A stretch of 63,810 bases of DNA, filler included, from an uncultured Acidimicrobiia bacterium (GTDB lineage Bacteria; Actinomycetota; Acidimicrobiia; Spongiisociales; JAOTWH01): assembly GCA_964347285.1 (NCBI GenBank). It is 3 parts of 3 records of this genome, joined end to end, with 100 filler letters (N's around TTAATTAATTAA, not from the genome) between each part and the next. Parts side by side here need not be neighbours in the genome. Positions count along the whole stretch, not along the records: positions 43,434 to 63,810 come from CAYFYE010000045.1; 2 more parts are not named here. The stretch is one strand, 5' to 3'. Positions within the stretch are counted from its first letter, which is position 1. Each line of letters starts with the position of its first letter. A model generated the notes under the pieces. That model ran no database searches, was not told the DNA's origin, and saw only the letters and a program-made list of their open reading frames with translations. Below, one piece after another: positions 62,573 to 63,810 of this stretch. The translations under genes and the position numbers were made by a program.

Positions 62573-62737
62573 TCAATGCATACGGTGGTCGCACCGGAAC
62601 ACCCAGTGGCAGATGGGAATGACGTCGTGGAGTAGGCAGGCGGCCAGGAAGAACAGAATCACCCCGCCGAAGATCCCGGCGATGAGCCTGGGACGGGCGT
62701 CGATCGTGTTCGTGACTCTTGCTGCGAACGCAGTCAT
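62573..62737 (-). CDS. 54-aa single-TM small protein with Cys/His-rich C-terminus
   Basis: AGGAGG RBS; MTAFAARVTNTIDARPRLIAGIFGGVILFFLAACLLHDVIPICHWVFRCDHRMH*. Confidence 0.65.
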   Translation of the reverse strand: MTAFAARVTNTIDARPRLIAGIFGGVILFFLAACLLHDVIPICHWVFRCDHRMH

Positions 62738-63419
62738 GAAGACACCTCCTCACTCGTCTCGTCGTGATGTGGTCGTGGGTGGGCAATAGCGAGTGCTTGC
62801 CGCTCTCCGGGTCCTCTCGCCCTTCTTCGCCGGCCCATCCGGGCTGGCTCACGAACCGGGGCATCTCGTCCCAGCATCGATCGATCCACGTCGCGTTGGC
62901 ACGCGCAGGACCGAAGCCGATCTTCTTCTCTCGTGTCCCGTCGGTCGTTCAAGGAGGTGTCCCTGCCTTCAGGTTTGGTGGCCCAAACGCAGACGCTCCA
63001 GACTCGCCTGACGAACGCATCAACGGCCCGTGACGCGTCGCCCCGAAGGCCCCTGCGCCGGCCGCGGCGCTTCAGCCATTGCGTCCTGAGCCACCTGTAG
63101 CCCGCGATCAGTGTGTGATGAAGACGAGGCTCCAACGCCCGCGCCAAATCGGTGAACGAGTTCACTTCTACTCGCACCATCGGGCACCCCCGCAGCCTTC
63201 CTTACCAAGCCGCCCCGCATCCATGAGCGGGACAGCGATCTCCTTCCCCTCATAGCGTGATATCGGCTCGAGGCCGGGTACAGGGGCTAACGGCCTCCGA
63301 TGTGTGGCCACCCTCCTCGTTTGGGCCCTCAGAGGGCCCAAACGGCTCCGGAAGCGCCGGCGGTCAAGCGGGACGCTCTCGACCTAGCCAGCTGGAGCTT
63401 CGGGCACGGGACGCGCCAG

Positions 63420-63600
63420 CTCAGGATCCCCCTGAAACGCCTCCTCCAGGTCTTGGCGATTCGCAGCAGGATTGGGTCAGGCCGTCGCCGCCCTACGATC
63501 TGAAATCCGATTGGGAGGCCCTCCTCGGCGCGGCCGCAGGGCACGCACACCACGGGGTTGCCGGTGGTGGAGAACGCATTGGTGAGCCCGGCCAGGCGAC
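63420..63600 (-). pseudogene. amidase C-terminal fragment
   Basis: VCVPCGRAEEGLPIGFQIVGRR..D..LLRIA. Confidence 0.7.
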
Positions 63601-63810
63601 ATAGTTTGGCCGCTTCACACCGTTATGGATTCCAGCAGAGGTCCTCTTTGTGGAAAGGTCGACACGGTGGCTGCAGGACAGCCGCACAAACCAACGCATG
63701 AAGCACGGGTCACCATTTCTAGGCCACAACGACAGCGCATGGACCCGTAGGCGATCCGGCAGGGTGATGATGTGGGGGCCTGGTCGGAGATCCACCGCTG
63801 CCGGGTGGTG

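Noticed and set aside
62760..63420. ORFs listed in the track for this stretch
   Set aside because: No coding-like composition or recognisable motifs; likely decayed or intergenic DNA

Overview
High-GC actinobacterial DNA. The housekeeping gene order and protein features suggest Acidimicrobiia, but that is an inference. The window is not one continuous locus. It is three contigs joined by artificial N-TTAATTAATTAA-N linkers (21965-22064 and 43334-43433), with a further 100-N scaffold gap at 20516-20615. Contig 1 (1-21964) carries a membrane spermidine-synthase-like methyltransferase, a lipoprotein-type PIMT, a Trx/DUF3179 chimera, an AmmeMemoRadiSam radical SAM enzyme, VanW, MFS, Leu/Val dehydrogenase plus fused E1, an IS481 stub, hydantoinase/oxoprolinase AB, a SARP regulator divergent from a membrane-anchored 21-aa tandem-repeat protein, and a partial DUF3160 gene. 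Contig 2 (22065-43333) is a large catabolic region: ABC uptake, a 2,6-dihydroxypyridine-hydroxylase-like flavoenzyme, cyclase, cyclic amidohydrolase, an HpsN-like HisD paralog and several dehydrogenases. It also holds a decayed tRNA-Val-targeting integrative element and a hidden, cysteine-free peroxiredoxin-like gene with an in-frame UGA at the catalytic position followed by a SECIS-like hairpin. That probable selenoprotein is the best-supported find, and the ORF track misses it. Contig 3 (43434-63810) runs tuf'-rpmG-hadAB-like-ECF sigma/anti-sigma-tRNA-Trp-secE-nusG-rplKAJL-rpoBC, then CHAD, rnhB, NAT and a decayed region with a 54-aa Cys/His-rich membrane smORF. All family calls come from motif recognition; no searches were run.
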